Of a stretch of 64,000 bases of DNA, positions 62,822 through 64,000 are shown piece by piece. The stretch's first letter is position 1. Each line of letters opens with the position of its first letter. Position numbers and translations under genes: made by a program. A model generated the notes under the pieces. The model was not told the DNA's origin, ran no database searches, and saw only the letters and a list, made by a program, of their open reading frames with translations. Source of the DNA: an uncultured Gammaproteobacteria bacterium (GTDB lineage: Bacteria > Patescibacteriota > Patescibacteriia > Patescibacteriales > UBA12465); contig CAZAAD010000002.1 of assembly GCA_964483295.1 (NCBI GenBank), positions 936-64,935 on the forward strand, written 5' to 3'.

Positions 62822-64000
62822 TTACTTACTAATAATAACATCACTGGTTAAATCACGATTATACGTTTCTCCTGACAAAATAGCCCGAAAACTTTCGGTA
62901 CGACGTCCCGCCTGTTTTTGAGTTAATAAAGAATAAGTGTTTTGTTTCCAGGTAGCCAATACTTGACTAGGCAATTTATATTCTAATTGCAAGGCACCCG
63001 TAGTTCCTGGTTCAACACTGAAAAAGAAGCCAAAAACTGTTTTATCTAAGGCTAAGTCATCATAAGAAACAATCGATGCTTCTTCTAGGTTTGCCTTTTC
63101 TAAAGCCTTAATAGACACTAATTCGCTGCCACGGGGCACAAAAACTCTAGTATAACTACGGTAACGAGTAGTGCGCCAGTCAAAGCCACCTTCATGCTTA
63201 TAATCTAAACGCAAATTTGCTTGCAAGGCGCCGCTAGTTTCGTTAACCTCATAAACAATTTTTTTCTTAACAACCGCATCACTCTTAAAGGCAGCTAAAT
63301 TAGCATCCACCACCAAAAGATAATCACTCGTGGTTAACTTAACGGCACCATCAGCGCCAAGCGTGTACACTAAAGATTGCCAGCTAGAATTATTAAAGTA
63401 AATCTGCACATCTTTAGTTGTCATATTAGCACTAAAGATATCTAAAAGTTCTGGTAAGCGCGCAGTATCCAGGGAAAATAAACGTAATTTTAGTTCCGCC
63501 AGCAACTCATTAATTACTTCTTTTCTGTCCCAAGAAGCAATATCTTGCTCCATATAAGCAACTTCAACATTATACTGTAAGAGTGGTTGCAGATTTTCTG
63601 GAGTATAGGTTTCACCTCTAATCTCAATTGGACCGACTAAGGCTAGGAGATCGGAAACAAAATCGGGAGTAATGCCAATAACCCCGGTAAAATCTGGTGC
63701 AGTCAAACCAACAGCTTCAGTTTCACCCTTAAATATTTCTTGGATTTGCCTGGCTGAAGTTGGCCAATCAGGTGACCAGTTAGCATCACGCAGATACCAA
63801 TTTTCCACCTTCATGTATTTTTGAATCGGTGCGGGTGGTTCTAGCTTCCACTTACCAACCGCTGGCATATCAAGATGATAACTATCAGAGGTTTCTAAAG
63901 AAATTATGTCGCCATCCTTGCTTTTTAACAAACCAAACACGCCAATAAAGCCACCACTCGGTCGCAGTTCGTCGTTATTATGCATGATAATTAAAAACTC
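62822..64000 (-). CDS. DUF4012 domain protein, N-terminus beyond the window edge
   Basis: NDELRPSGGFIGVFG is the DUF4012 hallmark. The frame stays open upstream of the ATG at 63985 to position 64000, so the gene probably continues. Confidence 0.7.
   Translation of the reverse strand, partial: EFLIIMHNNDELRPSGGFIGVFGLLKSKDGDIISLETSDSYHLDMPAVGKWKLEPPAPIQKYMKVENWYLRDANWSPDWPTSARQIQEIFKGETEAVGLTAPDFTGVIGITPDFVSDLLALVGPIEIRGETYTPENLQPLLQYNVEVAYMEQDIASWDRKEVINELLAELKLRLFSLDTARLPELLDIFSANMTTKDVQIYFNNSSWQSLVYTLGADGAVKLTTSDYLLVVDANLAAFKSDAVVKKKIVYEVNETSGALQANLRLDYKHEGGFDWRTTRYRSYTRVFVPRGSELVSIKALEKANLEEASIVSYDDLALDKTVFGFFFSVEPGTTGALQLEYKLPSQVLATWKQNTYSLLTQKQAGRRTESFRAILSGETYNRDLTSDVIISK

Overview
The window is an AT-rich, gene-dense (about 90% coding) bacterial chromosome segment read in the standard genetic code. 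I found no rRNA, tRNA, CRISPR array, transposase or prophage. All product calls come from motifs I could read in the supplied translations, because no searches could be run.

Gene content points to a reduced-genome, probably fermentative organism. My inference is a Patescibacteria/CPR-like lineage, at roughly 0.6 confidence, with no marker RNA available to confirm it.

- **Positions 1 to 41,000** are mostly plus-strand housekeeping genes:
  - rpsB fragment, tsf, a PSP1/RicT-like protein and gap.
  - An SDR, a NuoF-like protein, a membrane protein and an [FeFe]-hydrogenase, followed by cca and a cyclophilin lipoprotein.
  - guaB, purA, nifS and iscU, and a PIN-PhoH2 ATPase.
  - A minus-strand block with an RRM protein and secE-nusG-rplK-rplA.
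  - rsmI, metG, cvpA, a HIT protein, and tsaD with a tsaC-tsaE fusion.
  - ctp, pyrG, rpmA, a ferredoxin, a membrane-anchored TraD/VirD4-like ATPase, dnaX and serS.
  - An FG-GAP surface protein, alr and ftsQ.
- **At about 41.4 kb** there is a dif-like Xer site next to the only tyrosine recombinase. Dominant gene orientation flips from plus to minus here, so this may be the replication terminus.
- **Positions 42,500 to 64,000** are an envelope and glycan region:
  - An M23 peptidase, a class-A-like serine hydrolase, gltX, a TagA-Nudix fusion and corA.
  - Three GT4 glycosyltransferases, Wzz-like and Wzy/O-antigen-ligase-like proteins, a methyltransferase and a DUF4012 protein.
  - Several uncharacterised secreted proteins.

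The best candidate for something undescribed is at 48.6 to 54.4 kb. It consists of three minus-strand bicistrons, each bounded by a promoter and a terminator. These include an OMP-like beta-barrel gene flanked by two membrane-anchored paralogues that share an unknown C-terminal domain. Two of the downstream cistrons carry a near-identical leader, with a GGAGG box and a 4-codon mini-ORF, in a genome that otherwise lacks Shine-Dalgarno sequences.
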